This document shows, one piece after another, positions 7,893-17,228 of a DNA stretch of 24,406 bases (position 1 is the stretch's first letter; each line of letters begins with the position of its first letter). This DNA comes from a virus (Duplodnaviria; Caudoviricetes): positions 1 to 24,406 of the IMG/VR virus record IMGVR_UViG_3300049142_000047. One strand, 5' to 3'. The translations under genes and the position numbers were made by a program. The notes below the pieces were generated by a model that saw only the letters and a list, made by a program, of their open reading frames with translations, made no database searches and was not told the DNA's origin.

Positions 7893-9952
7893 GCACCACC
7901 GTCAGCAGGACCGTCAAGGCCAAGTTCGATGGTGACGCCAAGGGGATGGATCGCGCCGCCGATAAGGGCGTCGCGGCCAGCAAGCGGTTCGAGAAGGGCC
8001 TAGAGCGGCTCGGCGAGACCGGTGCCAAGATCGGCCGGAAGATCGATCAGGGCATGGCTGGCGCCCGGCAGGGCCTCGGCAAGCTCGGCGACCTGGGCAA
8101 GAAGGCCGGCGGCGGGCTCGCGAAGGGTCTGCAGTTCGGGCTGATCGGTCTGGCCGGCATCGGGCTCGCGGCCGGTGTCGCCGTGCTGGGTGGCATCCAG
8201 AAGGCGATGCAGGACAACGCCTCGAAGGTGAAACTTGCGGCGTCGCTGGGCATGGAGGGTGAGGACGCCAAGCGGATCGGGAAACTCGCCGGCCAGCTGT
8301 ACGTCCAGGGGTACGGCGACTCGATCGAAGAGTCGGGCAACATCCTCAAGCCGCTGTTCAAAGAGAACGTCCTCAGCCTGAAGAACACCAACGCTGAGAT
8401 CCGCGATATGGCCGCGGCCGCGAAGACGTACGCCGACATCTCCGAGCACGAGGTGGCCGACTCCACCCGCGCCGTCGCCAACATGATTCGCACCGGCATC
8501 GCGAAGAACGGCGTCGAGGCGTACGACCTCCTCACGAAGGCAACGCAGAAGGGCCTGGACAAGGCCGATGACCTAACCGACACCCTCAACGAGTACTCGA
8601 CCCAGTTCCGGAAGCTGGGCCTTGACGGCCCGAAGGCACTCGGCCTGATCTCCCAGGGCCTGCAGGCGGGCGCGCGGGACTCCGACATCGTCGCGGACGC
8701 CCTGAAGGAGTTCTCGATCCGGGCGATCGACGGCTCGAAGGCCTCTGCGGACGGCTTCAAGTCGCTAGGCCTGTCGGCCAAGACGATGACGGCGGATCTC
8801 GCCAACGGCGGACCGAAGGCCTCGGCGGCATTGGGCGCGGTCCTGGACAAGCTGCGGGCTGTGAAGGATCCGGCCGAGCGGTCCCGGATCGCGGTAGCTC
8901 TGTTCGGTACCCAAGCGGAGGACCTGGGCGAAGCGCTGTACGCGCTCGACGTCGACACTGCCGCGAAGCAGATGGACGGGTACGCCGGGTCGACCAAGCG
9001 CGCCAACGACGCCATGTCGGCCACCCCGCTGGCCCGGCTGGAGACCACGAAGCGGCTTATTCAGCAGACGTTTGTGGACCTGATCGGCAAGCTGGTGTTG
9101 CCGTACCTCGAGAAGTTCGGGGCCTGGTTCAACGGTCCGGGCAAGTACGTCCTGGCGGACTGGGCCCTGGCCGGTGTCGCCGCGGTGGTCGGGTTCGCGG
9201 ACCAGATGCTGGCCAGCCTGGACGGCGTGCTCGGGTTCGTCGGTAAGTGGGGCAAGGCCCTGCTGTACTCGATGGCCGCGACGGTCGCGGTATTCAACCC
9301 AAGCCTGGCGATGAGCTTCAAGAAGGCCGGCGACGAGGTCGGCGACTTCTCGAAACGGACTCAGGGCGAGCTGCAGGCGGCCCGCAGCGGGATCGCGAAG
9401 ACGCAGGAGTACATCGCGAAGGCCCGCCTGGTCACGAAGCTCACTGCGCAGAAGGACGACCTGGACGCCAAGATCGCGGCCGCGAAGGCCCAGCTGGCGG
9501 ACCCGAAGCTGTCGTCGACGAAGCGGGCGAAGCTCGAGGCCGATATCCGGCAGCTGATCGCTGCGAAGGCCGAGGCTCAGCGGCAGATCAACAGCCTGCA
9601 GGGCAAGACCGTCAAGGTCACCATCAACACGTACAAGAACATGATCGAGACCGGCCCCGGCTCAACGTCGGTCGGCGTGAAGGCGCCCGGGCGGGCATCG
9701 GGCGGCACCATGCTGCCCGGTCACTCGTACCTGGTCGGTGAGAACGGCCCAGAACCGGTCACGATGCGCGCGGACGGCACCGGCTGGGTGTCGCCGTCCG
9801 GCACCGCTCCCGCCGAGGTCGGCGGGAGCGGCTCGATGATCGCCGAGATCCACGTGCACGTCGGTGACGAGGTGGTGCGGGTGATCCGGACCGAAATCAA
9901 GGCTGACAAGCGGGACACCCGCCGGACCGTGAAAGCGAGGGCGGGTCGATGA
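7889..9952 (+). CDS. tape measure protein (~687 aa)
   Basis: GTGA overlap; long Ala/Gly/Lys helical protein with DLTDTLNEYSTQF, DIVADALKEFSIR, ALFGTQAEDLG and C-terminal RASGG...YLVGENGPE. Confidence 0.92.
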   Translation: MSTTVSRTVKAKFDGDAKGMDRAADKGVAASKRFEKGLERLGETGAKIGRKIDQGMAGARQGLGKLGDLGKKAGGGLAKGLQFGLIGLAGIGLAAGVAVLGGIQKAMQDNASKVKLAASLGMEGEDAKRIGKLAGQLYVQGYGDSIEESGNILKPLFKENVLSLKNTNAEIRDMAAAAKTYADISEHEVADSTRAVANMIRTGIAKNGVEAYDLLTKATQKGLDKADDLTDTLNEYSTQFRKLGLDGPKALGLISQGLQAGARDSDIVADALKEFSIRAIDGSKASADGFKSLGLSAKTMTADLANGGPKASAALGAVLDKLRAVKDPAERSRIAVALFGTQAEDLGEALYALDVDTAAKQMDGYAGSTKRANDAMSATPLARLETTKRLIQQTFVDLIGKLVLPYLEKFGAWFNGPGKYVLADWALAGVAAVVGFADQMLASLDGVLGFVGKWGKALLYSMAATVAVFNPSLAMSFKKAGDEVGDFSKRTQGELQAARSGIAKTQEYIAKARLVTKLTAQKDDLDAKIAAAKAQLADPKLSSTKRAKLEADIRQLIAAKAEAQRQINSLQGKTVKVTINTYKNMIETGPGSTSVGVKAPGRASGGTMLPGHSYLVGENGPEPVTMRADGTGWVSPSGTAPAEVGGSGSMIAEIHVHVGDEVVRVIRTEIKADKRDTRRTVKARAGR

Positions 9953-10749
9953 GCCTGGTCCTGACGTACGACCCGGTGCTGTCGCGTATCCGGCTGGCCG
10001 GTACTGCGCTCGGCGCAAGCGCTGACCACGCGCTGGTGTGGCGGTCGACGGACAACTTCAAGACGTACCAGCTGATCCGCGGTGCCGACCCGGCGGCGGT
10101 GGCCGGCGGCGTGCTGAACATCGACGACTACGAGTTCGAAGCGGGCGTGCCGATCGCCTACCAGATGACGTCGTACAACTCTGGCGGCGTCCAGCAGGCC
10201 AGCTTCACCACGGCCATCACGCAGGACCTGGACAGCGCCTGGCTGAAGGTGCCGGCGGCGCCGTACCTGAACCGCCGGATCGAGGTCCAGGACAAGGGCC
10301 CCGTCACCAGGCGGTCCCGCGCCGGAGTGTTCGACATCAAGGGCCGGTCGTTCCCGGTCTCGGTCGGCGACGTCGCTTCCTCGAGGGAGTGGACGCTGTA
10401 CGTGTCGACGGAGGACGCAGGCGAGGAGACCGCGCTGGACTACCTGGTGGCCTCGGGCGAGGTGGTGTTCCTGCATCTGCCCCTGGCGGCCGAGAACCTC
10501 GTCTACACGGGGTACTACTCGCTCGGCGACGTCAGCCGTCAGCCACCGATGAGGCTGTCCCCGCGACGGATCTGGACCTTCCCGCTCGTCGAGGTCGCAC
10601 GGCCCGGCAACCACGTCGTGGGCCCTGCGTACACGTGGGCGTCGCTGCTCGCCGAGTACGGCTCCTGGACCAACGTCATCTCTGGAAACGCGACCTGGGC
10701 CGACGTCCTCAACCGGGTCGCCTCGCCGAGCGATGTGATCGTCCCGTGA
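9949..10749 (+). CDS. minor tail protein (distal-tail-like)
   Basis: Follows the tape measure gene with ATGA overlap; DYEFEAGVPIAY and AWLKVP motifs. Confidence 0.75.
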   Translation: MSLVLTYDPVLSRIRLAGTALGASADHALVWRSTDNFKTYQLIRGADPAAVAGGVLNIDDYEFEAGVPIAYQMTSYNSGGVQQASFTTAITQDLDSAWLKVPAAPYLNRRIEVQDKGPVTRRSRAGVFDIKGRSFPVSVGDVASSREWTLYVSTEDAGEETALDYLVASGEVVFLHLPLAAENLVYTGYYSLGDVSRQPPMRLSPRRIWTFPLVEVARPGNHVVGPAYTWASLLAEYGSWTNVISGNATWADVLNRVASPSDVIVP

Positions 10750-11897
10750 GGGCCGTCAGCTCCCGGTTCCTGTCGACGCTGCGGGGCTCGCACACCGCAG
10801 CGTTCCGGGCCCGGCTGGTGACCTCGCTCCAGACCGGCACGACCCCAGTGACCTCGGGCGCCGAGCTCCAGATCGTCGACGGCGATGTCCGCGTGTCCGC
10901 GACGGCTGACGTGTACGCCAACCTCGACCTGACGATCGCGGCCGACTGGCCGTCCCCCGGTTCGATGAACCTGTCGCCGTACGGCAACGAGATCTATGTG
11001 GAACGCGGCCTGTCGTACGGCCAGGGGCAGCGCGAGTTCGTCGGCCTCGGGTACTTCCGCATCGACACGATGGAGCAACAGGAGACCCCATCTGGCGCGA
11101 TCCACCTGGTGCTGCCCGACCGGATGCAGGGCATCATCGACGCCCGCTTCGTGGCCCCGCGGCAGTTCCCCGGCTCGTGGCTTCGCCGGCAGCTGGTGGA
11201 GGCGCTGGTCTGGGAGGTCTACCCGGACGCCGCGATCATCGAGTGGGACGACGTCGCGGTCCGGGACGCACCGGTCGGCCGCACGGTCATCACCGAGCTG
11301 GACCGGTACGCCACCCTGAAGAACTTCGTCCGGTCCCTGGGCAAGGTCTGCTACTTCGACCATCGCGGCATCCTCGTGATCAAGTCGCCGCCGTCAGTGC
11401 TCGGTGGCGCGTCGTGGGAAGTGAACGCCGGCCGGGACGGCGTACTGATCCAGATGAGCCGCGCGCTCACCCGCGAAGGCGTCTACAACGCTGTGGTGGT
11501 GACCGGCGAGGCCGCCGACACCACGCCTCCGGTGACGGCTGTGGCGTACAACCTCGACCCGGCCTCGCCGACGTACTACAACGGCCGGTTCGGGAAGGTC
11601 CCGCGGTTCTACTCATCGCCGTTCATCACCGACAAGGGCCAAGCCCAGACTGCCGCGACGTCGCTCCTCCGGCAGCAGCTCGGGATGCCGTACCAGGTCG
11701 AGCTGTCGTCTGTGGTCAACCCGGCGCTCGAGGCATGGGACGTGATCGACGCCGTCTACCCGGAGCGCGACCGGTCGCCCGGGCTGCGCACCGAACGGCA
11801 CGTCATCGACCAGGTCAGCATTCCGCTGACCGCCACGGGCGTGCAGTCCATCACCACCCGCCAGCAGGCCAACGAGATCATCGGGGAGCTGACGTGA
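10746..11897 (+). CDS. minor tail protein (tail hub, DUF5047-like)
   Basis: GTG 10746 overlaps the prior TGA; VSSRFLSTLRGSH, LSPYGNEIYVERG, VYNAVVVTGE and FGKVPRFYSSPFI. Confidence 0.78.
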   Translation: MRAVSSRFLSTLRGSHTAAFRARLVTSLQTGTTPVTSGAELQIVDGDVRVSATADVYANLDLTIAADWPSPGSMNLSPYGNEIYVERGLSYGQGQREFVGLGYFRIDTMEQQETPSGAIHLVLPDRMQGIIDARFVAPRQFPGSWLRRQLVEALVWEVYPDAAIIEWDDVAVRDAPVGRTVITELDRYATLKNFVRSLGKVCYFDHRGILVIKSPPSVLGGASWEVNAGRDGVLIQMSRALTREGVYNAVVVTGEAADTTPPVTAVAYNLDPASPTYYNGRFGKVPRFYSSPFITDKGQAQTAATSLLRQQLGMPYQVELSSVVNPALEAWDVIDAVYPERDRSPGLRTERHVIDQVSIPLTATGVQSITTRQQANEIIGELT

Positions 11898-12571
11898 TCA
11901 GCGACGACCTGGCCGCCCTGATCGCCCCACCGATCGATGAGGGCCCGGCGCTCCGATTCCGGCAAGGCCTCGTGACGTCCTGGAACACATCGACCGGGCA
12001 GAACACCGTCGACCTGGCCGGCGGGACACTGACCGACGTACCGATCCTCAACACCGGTGAGGCGATCGCGCTGAAGGCCGGCCACGTCGTTGCCCTGCTC
12101 GGCCAGGGAACCTCGTGGTTCATCATCGGGCGGATCACCCCGCCCGGCGACGCGAACTTCGCGGCCGCGTCCGTCGCGTTCGGCTCGGCCGGCGCGCAGG
12201 TCTTCGGCTACTCGACCAGCACGAGCATGGTCATCAAGGCCACGAGCAACGAGCTGGTCGTGCCGGACTGGGCCGACGAGGCCCTGGTGATGATCACCGG
12301 CAACGCAGCCGTCGTGAACTCGACCGCCGGAATCCAGTACGCCGCCATGGAAGTGGGCTGCCAGGGCGGCACCGGCGGCTCGGCCCCGAGCGACATCGCA
12401 GCTGGCCGGATCGGGCAGGTCGGTGCCTCTTCCCGCAACCGCTTCACCGAACTCAGCGGTGGCGAAGTCCTGCAGATCACCGGGGCGATCCTGACCGGCG
12501 CCGCGTTCGCCGCCAACGGCTCGAACGCGATGTTCATCCACGCAATCGCTGTCTTCAAATCGAACGTCTAG
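11894..12571 (+). CDS. minor tail protein
   Basis: GGGGAG RBS and GTGA overlap; N-terminal spike-like OB segment (RQGLVTSWN...WFIIGRI). Confidence 0.68.
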   Translation: MISDDLAALIAPPIDEGPALRFRQGLVTSWNTSTGQNTVDLAGGTLTDVPILNTGEAIALKAGHVVALLGQGTSWFIIGRITPPGDANFAAASVAFGSAGAQVFGYSTSTSMVIKATSNELVVPDWADEALVMITGNAAVVNSTAGIQYAAMEVGCQGGTGGSAPSDIAAGRIGQVGASSRNRFTELSGGEVLQITGAILTGAAFAANGSNAMFIHAIAVFKSNV

Positions 12572-12583
12572 AAGGGGCTCACG

Positions 12584-13333
12584 ATGGCCACGACTCCGAT
12601 CTACCTGCTGCCGTACCAGACGCTCGCCGACGCGCCGGACGGCCCGAACCTTGGCGAGGACCTGGCGCTGGCGCTGGAGACGATCCTGGCCCGGATCGAC
12701 CAGGCCCCGCAGCTGATCACCTACACGTCCGGCGCCGGGAACTGGAGCAAGCCCGCCGGCGCCAAGTGGGTGCTGGTCGAGATGTGGGCGGGCGGCGGCG
12801 GATCCGGTGCGGCCGGCGGCGGTGCCGGTCAGGCGGAGGGCGGAGGCGGAGGCGGCGGCGAGTACGGCTGGAAGCTGTACGCCGCAACGGCGCTCAACGC
12901 GACCGAGGCGTACTCAGTCGGCGCCGGCGGAACCGGAACCGGCACAGTCGGCAACACCGGCGGTACCTCGAGCTTCAAGACGTTCACCGTGCTCGGCGGC
13001 GTTGGCGGCCAGTCCATGGCCTCGACGACGACCAACGGCCTGGCCGTCGCCGGCACCGGCGGAACCGGCGGCGTGAACGGCGACCAGCACATCGCAGGAG
13101 GTGACGGCGGCCGCGGCCGCGTCATCGGCGGCCAGGTCATCCTCGGTGGGTTCGGCGGCCCGGCCGGCGGTCCGGGTGGACAAATCGCTGTATTTGGCCC
13201 GGGCAGCGTCGCGGCGATCGGCAAGGCTGGCAAGGGCCCGGGCGGTGGGGCGTCCGGATCGTTTGCCGGTGCCGCCGGCATGAACGGCGCCAACGGCGCG
13301 GCTGGCCGCATCATCGTCCGGACCTTCTTCTGA
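12584..13333 (+). CDS. glycine-rich minor tail / fibre protein
   Basis: AAGGGG RBS; LPYQ N-terminus, W.KPAGAKWVLVEMWAGGGG, Gly-rich repeats and G.IIV C-terminus. Confidence 0.75.
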   Translation: MATTPIYLLPYQTLADAPDGPNLGEDLALALETILARIDQAPQLITYTSGAGNWSKPAGAKWVLVEMWAGGGGSGAAGGGAGQAEGGGGGGGEYGWKLYAATALNATEAYSVGAGGTGTGTVGNTGGTSSFKTFTVLGGVGGQSMASTTTNGLAVAGTGGTGGVNGDQHIAGGDGGRGRVIGGQVILGGFGGPAGGPGGQIAVFGPGSVAAIGKAGKGPGGGASGSFAGAAGMNGANGAAGRIIVRTFF

Positions 13334-13364
13334 CCGGTCTGGGGGCTCGGGGAAATGAGGCGGC

Positions 13365-13664
13365 GTGAACGATCTACCCGCGATCATCGGCGCGATCGGG
13401 CTGCTGATCGGGACGGTGTTCGGCGGGATCGCTGCGCTCGATCGGCGCCGTACCCGGCTCGACGACGAGGACGCGGCCGAGCTCGAGGACTACCACCGGT
13501 GGCACCCGAAGGTGCTGCGTGCCGTGGTGTTGCTGCGGGCCACGATCGCGAACTGTCCGCAGGCTGTGGAGCCGCCAGGCGTCGACGACCTGATCGCCTG
13601 GCCGCCGGAAAGGCATCGACCGAAGCACTCGCGAGGCGAGGTGACCGCGGATGACGAGGGGTAA
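13365..13664 (+). CDS. small membrane protein (lysis cassette)
   Basis: GAGG RBS and one N-terminal hydrophobic helix. Confidence 0.65.
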   Translation: MNDLPAIIGAIGLLIGTVFGGIAALDRRRTRLDDEDAAELEDYHRWHPKVLRAVVLLRATIANCPQAVEPPGVDDLIAWPPERHRPKHSRGEVTADDEG

Positions 13665-14388
13665 GTGGCTGTTCCCGGTCGTCGCTGTCGCCGGCCTGGT
13701 GTGTGGCGCCGCCGGTCTGGTGGTGACCACCCTGCAGAAGCAGGACGCCGAGACGGGACAGGCCGCGGCCGAGTACGAGCTGGCGGACCTGGCCGCGAAG
13801 AACCGAGCGGCCTGTGTCCGGTTGGGCGCGACCCAGGCAGAGAAGGTGCTGGGCAAGGGCGTCTGCCAGCAGGCGAAGGAGATCACCGAGCGGCCGCCGG
13901 CCGAGAAAGGAGACACGGGTGCTACTGGTGCTCGCGGCCCGGCGGGCCCGCAAGGTCCGCAGGGACCGGCTGGTCCTCCTGGCCCTCAGGGAAAACCGGG
14001 CACGAACGGCGCCTCCCCGGGCTGCCTGATCCTCGTCACCAAGTGCCAGGGCCCCCAGGGCCCGCCGGGGATCCAAGGCCTCACAGGGCCGCTGGGACCC
14101 GCCGGCCCCGCTGGGCCGCAAGGGGAGACCGGACCCCAAGGAGAGACGGGGCCCCGGGGTGAGACCGGCCCAAAAGGCGATACCGGCGAGATGGGAGCCC
14201 AGGGCCCGAAGGGGGAGCCGGGTGCTGTCGGACCGCAGGGACCACCTGGGCCCGCTGGGCCTTCCTGTCCGACCGGTAGCACGCTGCAGCGGATGCACGT
14301 AGTCACCACCACGCAGCCCGCAGGGATCTGGATTGTCGGCTGCGTACTAGACGATCAAAACCCAACCACTGAAGGGAAAAAGCGATGA
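13651..14388 (+). CDS. membrane-anchored collagen-like protein
   Basis: N-terminal TM segment, then 12 + 24 Gly-X-Y triplets and paired cysteines. Confidence 0.85.
   Translation: MTRGKWLFPVVAVAGLVCGAAGLVVTTLQKQDAETGQAAAEYELADLAAKNRAACVRLGATQAEKVLGKGVCQQAKEITERPPAEKGDTGATGARGPAGPQGPQGPAGPPGPQGKPGTNGASPGCLILVTKCQGPQGPPGIQGLTGPLGPAGPAGPQGETGPQGETGPRGETGPKGDTGEMGAQGPKGEPGAVGPQGPPGPAGPSCPTGSTLQRMHVVTTTQPAGIWIVGCVLDDQNPTTEGKKR
13909..14265 (+). repeat. collagen Gly-X-Y coding repeats
   Basis: GGN codon every 9 nt, with one interruption encoding [11 protein letters not shown]. Confidence 0.9.
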
Positions 14389-14537
14389 CCGAGAACACCA
14401 TGCCCGAGCCGACCGAGGTCGACCCTGCCCCGGTCGCCCCGGAGCCGGAACCGGCCGACGACACTCCCGCCGAGATCGGCGACGACACCGCCGTCGACGG
14501 CGACGAGCAGGCCGACGAGTTCGTCGGCGAGGACTGA
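14385..14537 (+). CDS. 50-aa highly acidic, Pro-rich peptide (absent from the ORF track)
   Basis: ATGA overlap with the collagen stop; [26 protein letters not shown]...FVGED; ends 3 nt before the endolysin ATG. Confidence 0.65.
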   Translation: MTENTMPEPTEVDPAPVAPEPEPADDTPAEIGDDTAVDGDEQADEFVGED

Positions 14538-14540
14538 GCG

Positions 14541-15233
14541 ATGACCGTGCCCTGGCGCGTCGCCAAGTCGCTGCTCGTCCTGCGGGACCAGATCAAGGCG
14601 GCGTACCCGGGCACGCCCAACCCCGGGTTCATCGGTGACGCCGCGCACGCCTCCCGCGACTCCGACCACAACCCGTGGGTCGACGACCCGGCCAGCTCGC
14701 TCAACGTCGTCACCGCCGGCGACTGGTACAAGGACCTCGAGGCTGGTTTCAGCTCGGCCGGCTTCGCCGAGATCCTCCGGCTCCGGCGCGACCCGCGGAT
14801 CAAGTACGTGATCAGCGAGCGGCGGATCTTCCGGTCGTACGGCAAGACGGTCAACGGCAAGTACTACGCGCCGTTCACGTGGGCGCCGTACCCCGGCGAC
14901 AACCCGCACACCGGCCACACCCACGTGTCGGTCCTTGCCGACAAGGCCCAGTACGACGACACCCGCCGTTGGCTGATCACGGTGCTGCCCCGGCCGGGCG
15001 ACACCCCTGCACAACCCCCCGCATCGAAGGACTGGTTCGACATGGCAACTCCCGCAGAGATCGAGACCGCGGTCTACAAGGGCGCGCTGCGTGCGTTCCG
15101 CGAGTACGGCGCCGCCCTGTTCAAGGACGAGTCAGGCACCGCCGACACCATCTGGGACGAGACCCGCGCCCACCGCAAGGCCGAGCTGGACAAGCTCGGC
15201 GAGATCGCGGCCGCGGTCAAGGCACCGGAGTGA
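14541..15233 (+). CDS. endolysin, Zn-peptidase (M15-like)
   Basis: IGDAAH..RDSDHNP, TAGD, YVI..RRI and NPHTGHTHVS (HxH); adjacent to the holin. Confidence 0.78.
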   Translation: MTVPWRVAKSLLVLRDQIKAAYPGTPNPGFIGDAAHASRDSDHNPWVDDPASSLNVVTAGDWYKDLEAGFSSAGFAEILRLRRDPRIKYVISERRIFRSYGKTVNGKYYAPFTWAPYPGDNPHTGHTHVSVLADKAQYDDTRRWLITVLPRPGDTPAQPPASKDWFDMATPAEIETAVYKGALRAFREYGAALFKDESGTADTIWDETRAHRKAELDKLGEIAAAVKAPE

Positions 15234-15496
15234 AGCGGCTAGCGGCCGGTCTGCGTCGCGAACCGGTCCGGGTCTACCTGTACGGCCTGCTCTTCCCTGG
15301 CGCCGCCCTCGCGGTCGCGTACGGCGTACTGAGCAACGACAAGGCCGCGCTGTGGCTCACGCTCGGAGCCGCCGTTCTGGTCCCCGGCGCGGCCGAGCTG
15401 GCCCGCCGCAAGGTCACTCCCGTCGACGACCCGCACACCAAGGCGGGCCAACCGGCCGAGCTGGTCCCCGAGACGCCGGCAGACGGCTGGCGCTGA
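15230..15496 (+). CDS. holin
   Basis: GTGA overlap, two hydrophobic helices and C-terminal RRKVTPVDDP. Confidence 0.72.
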   Translation: MKRLAAGLRREPVRVYLYGLLFPGAALAVAYGVLSNDKAALWLTLGAAVLVPGAAELARRKVTPVDDPHTKAGQPAELVPETPADGWR

Positions 15497-15503
15497 GCAA
15501 GCA

Positions 15504-15536
15504 GAAGCCCCCCGGAATGAGGTGCCGGGGGGCTTC
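15504..15536. terminator. likely bidirectional intrinsic terminator
   Basis: Perfect 12-bp stem GAAGCCCCCCGG / CCGGGGGGCTTC with a 9-nt loop, between convergent genes. Confidence 0.85.
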
Positions 15537-15548
15537 GTCATGCTCGAG

Positions 15549-16004
15549 CTACTTCAGGCCGTCCAAGACCTTCTCGTACTTCGGCCGCATCGCCTCGGGT
15601 GTCCTGGCGGCCGCGTACTGCAGGACCACGTTCCCCGAGCTGTACACGTTGTCGCCACCCACCTCGGCGAACTGCTGCTGCGCGACCTCATCAGTCCAGG
15701 TGTAGATGCTGATGTCGTCGGTGGTGGTCAGCTCCTCGCACTGCAGCGCCTCGCAGTTGCGCGAGTTGTCCCGCGGCTTGCGCACCGGCAGCTTCGCCGC
15801 CTGGAAGGCCTTCAGCACCATGGCGGCGGTGAGCGTCTGGTGCCCGTCGATCTCGGTTGACGCCGGACTGGTGGCCGGCGCCGAGCTCGTGGCCGACGTC
15901 GCGCTGGTGGTGCTCTGGGCCGGTGCCGCCGCCTCATCCGGCGAGCACCCCGCAGCCCCGAGCACGGCCAGGCCGAGCAGGCCGGTCAGCAGGTACTGCC
16001 TCAT
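15549..16004 (-). CDS. lipoprotein (151 aa)
   Basis: GGGAGGGG RBS; signal MRQYLLTGLLGLAVLGAAG-C; Ser/Thr/Ala linker; globular domain with a Cys pair. Confidence 0.8.
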   Translation of the reverse strand: MRQYLLTGLLGLAVLGAAGCSPDEAAAPAQSTTSATSATSSAPATSPASTEIDGHQTLTAAMVLKAFQAAKLPVRKPRDNSRNCEALQCEELTTTDDISIYTWTDEVAQQQFAEVGGDNVYSSGNVVLQYAAARTPEAMRPKYEKVLDGLK

Positions 16005-16018
16005 CGTTGGGTCCCCTC

Positions 16019-16062
16019 CCGTTGAAAGCGTCGATGGTGACGCCTTCAACGGTAAGGGTCAA
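16019..16062 (-). promoter_or_regulatory. putative promoter overlapped by a 14-bp inverted repeat
   Basis: On the - strand, TTGACC-N17-CACCAT (16062-16034). The inverted repeat spans 16019-16052 with 1 mismatch. Confidence 0.45.
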
Positions 16063-16076
16063 GACCGGGCTACCGA

Positions 16077-16319
16077 TCACTCGACGGTGGGATCGTCGTG
16101 GCGCTCCCACTGCGTGCCCTCGGGCGGATCGGCCGGCCGCATCTCCGGGAAGCCGCGGCTGTTGAGCTGCGGAGGCTCCGGCTCGGCCGGCGGCGGGTCC
16201 ACCACCCGCCGGATCCTGAGCAGCGTCGCCTCACATGTGTGGAGCGCTCGGTCTTGGATGATCTGTCGCACCTCGGCCACCTGCGCGGCGGGATCGGGCG
16301 CGGATAAGGTGTCGCTCAC
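16077..16319 (-). CDS. hypothetical protein (80 aa)
   Basis: GGAGG RBS before GTG; co-oriented with the integrase. Confidence 0.6.
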   Translation of the reverse strand: MSDTLSAPDPAAQVAEVRQIIQDRALHTCEATLLRIRRVVDPPPAEPEPPQLNSRGFPEMRPADPPEGTQWERHDDPTVE

Positions 16320-16390
16320 GTTCGGACCTCCGTTGTCCGTTCGAGGCCCCGGGCAGCGGTTGCGTCGCTGTTTCGGGGCCGCCTACTTGA

Positions 16391-17203
16391 TCAGACCGCC
16401 AGACGGCGGACGATCTCCTGCAGATGCCGGTCAGCTACCTCGGTGTAGATCTGGGTGCTCGCGAGGTTCGCGTGACGCAGCAGGTGTTGCGTCGCCCTGG
16501 AGTCCTTCCCGACTCGTTGGGCGTGGGTGCCGTACCAGTGCCTCAGCTGGTGGGCGGTGACCTGGTAGCCGGCCTTCTTGAATGCCCGGGTGACGGTCTT
16601 CGTGACGGTCGTCGCCCGGACGTGCCCGTCGTCGACGCCCGGAAACCAGGGGCCCGTCGACGGGAAGCCTTTCCGCAGCTGCTCGACGAGCGGGTGTGTC
16701 GGGATCGCCGCTCCGACCTCGCCCTTGCCGGTGACGAAGTACCAGCCCTCGGCGAAGTGATCACCGCGGACCTTCGCGATCTCGTGGACCCTCAGGCCGA
16801 GGAACGTGCCGAGGATGATGTACGCGTGGGCTCGGCGCCCGCAGACCTTGAGCGTCTCGCGTACGACGTCCGAGGACGCCGGCCGGGGAACGCTGCGAGG
16901 CGTCGGCGGGACTGCCAACCGGTCCATCGGGCTGACCTCGAGGTGGCCCTGGTCGACGAGAAACCGGAACCACGTCCGGGCCGATGAGGCGTACGTGCAG
17001 CGGGTCCACTTGCTGTTGCACTTGGCAAGCCACCTGACGATGGCCTTGGTGGGGATCTGCACCGGGTCTTCGGTCTGAGCCGAGTACCAGAGCAGCTTGA
17101 CCCCGTCGGTGCGGGTTCGGATCGTGTTCGGTGCGGCGCCGGCGGCGCGCATCCAGTCGGACCATTCCTCGAGCAGCTCGTGCGTGAGCGATGACGCGGG
17201 CAT
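16391..17203 (-). CDS. int: tyrosine integrase (270 aa, no arm-binding domain)
   Basis: GGAGG RBS; catalytic motifs GLRVHE, GKG, HQLRH, LRH and TQIYT. Confidence 0.92.
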   Translation of the reverse strand: MPASSLTHELLEEWSDWMRAAGAAPNTIRTRTDGVKLLWYSAQTEDPVQIPTKAIVRWLAKCNSKWTRCTYASSARTWFRFLVDQGHLEVSPMDRLAVPPTPRSVPRPASSDVVRETLKVCGRRAHAYIILGTFLGLRVHEIAKVRGDHFAEGWYFVTGKGEVGAAIPTHPLVEQLRKGFPSTGPWFPGVDDGHVRATTVTKTVTRAFKKAGYQVTAHQLRHWYGTHAQRVGKDSRATQHLLRHANLASTQIYTEVADRHLQEIVRRLAV

Positions 17204-17228
17204 GGGGCAGGCCTCCCAAGTTCGGCGG

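Noticed and set aside
10038-11893. Long N-terminal extensions of ORF-track entries 10038-11897 and 11177-12571
   Set aside because: The likely starts are the GTGA-coupled codons at 10746 and 11894; the upstream parts overlap other genes.
12780-13310. GGC-rich low-complexity tract as a separate repeat element
   Set aside because: Explained by the Gly-rich tail protein coding sequence.
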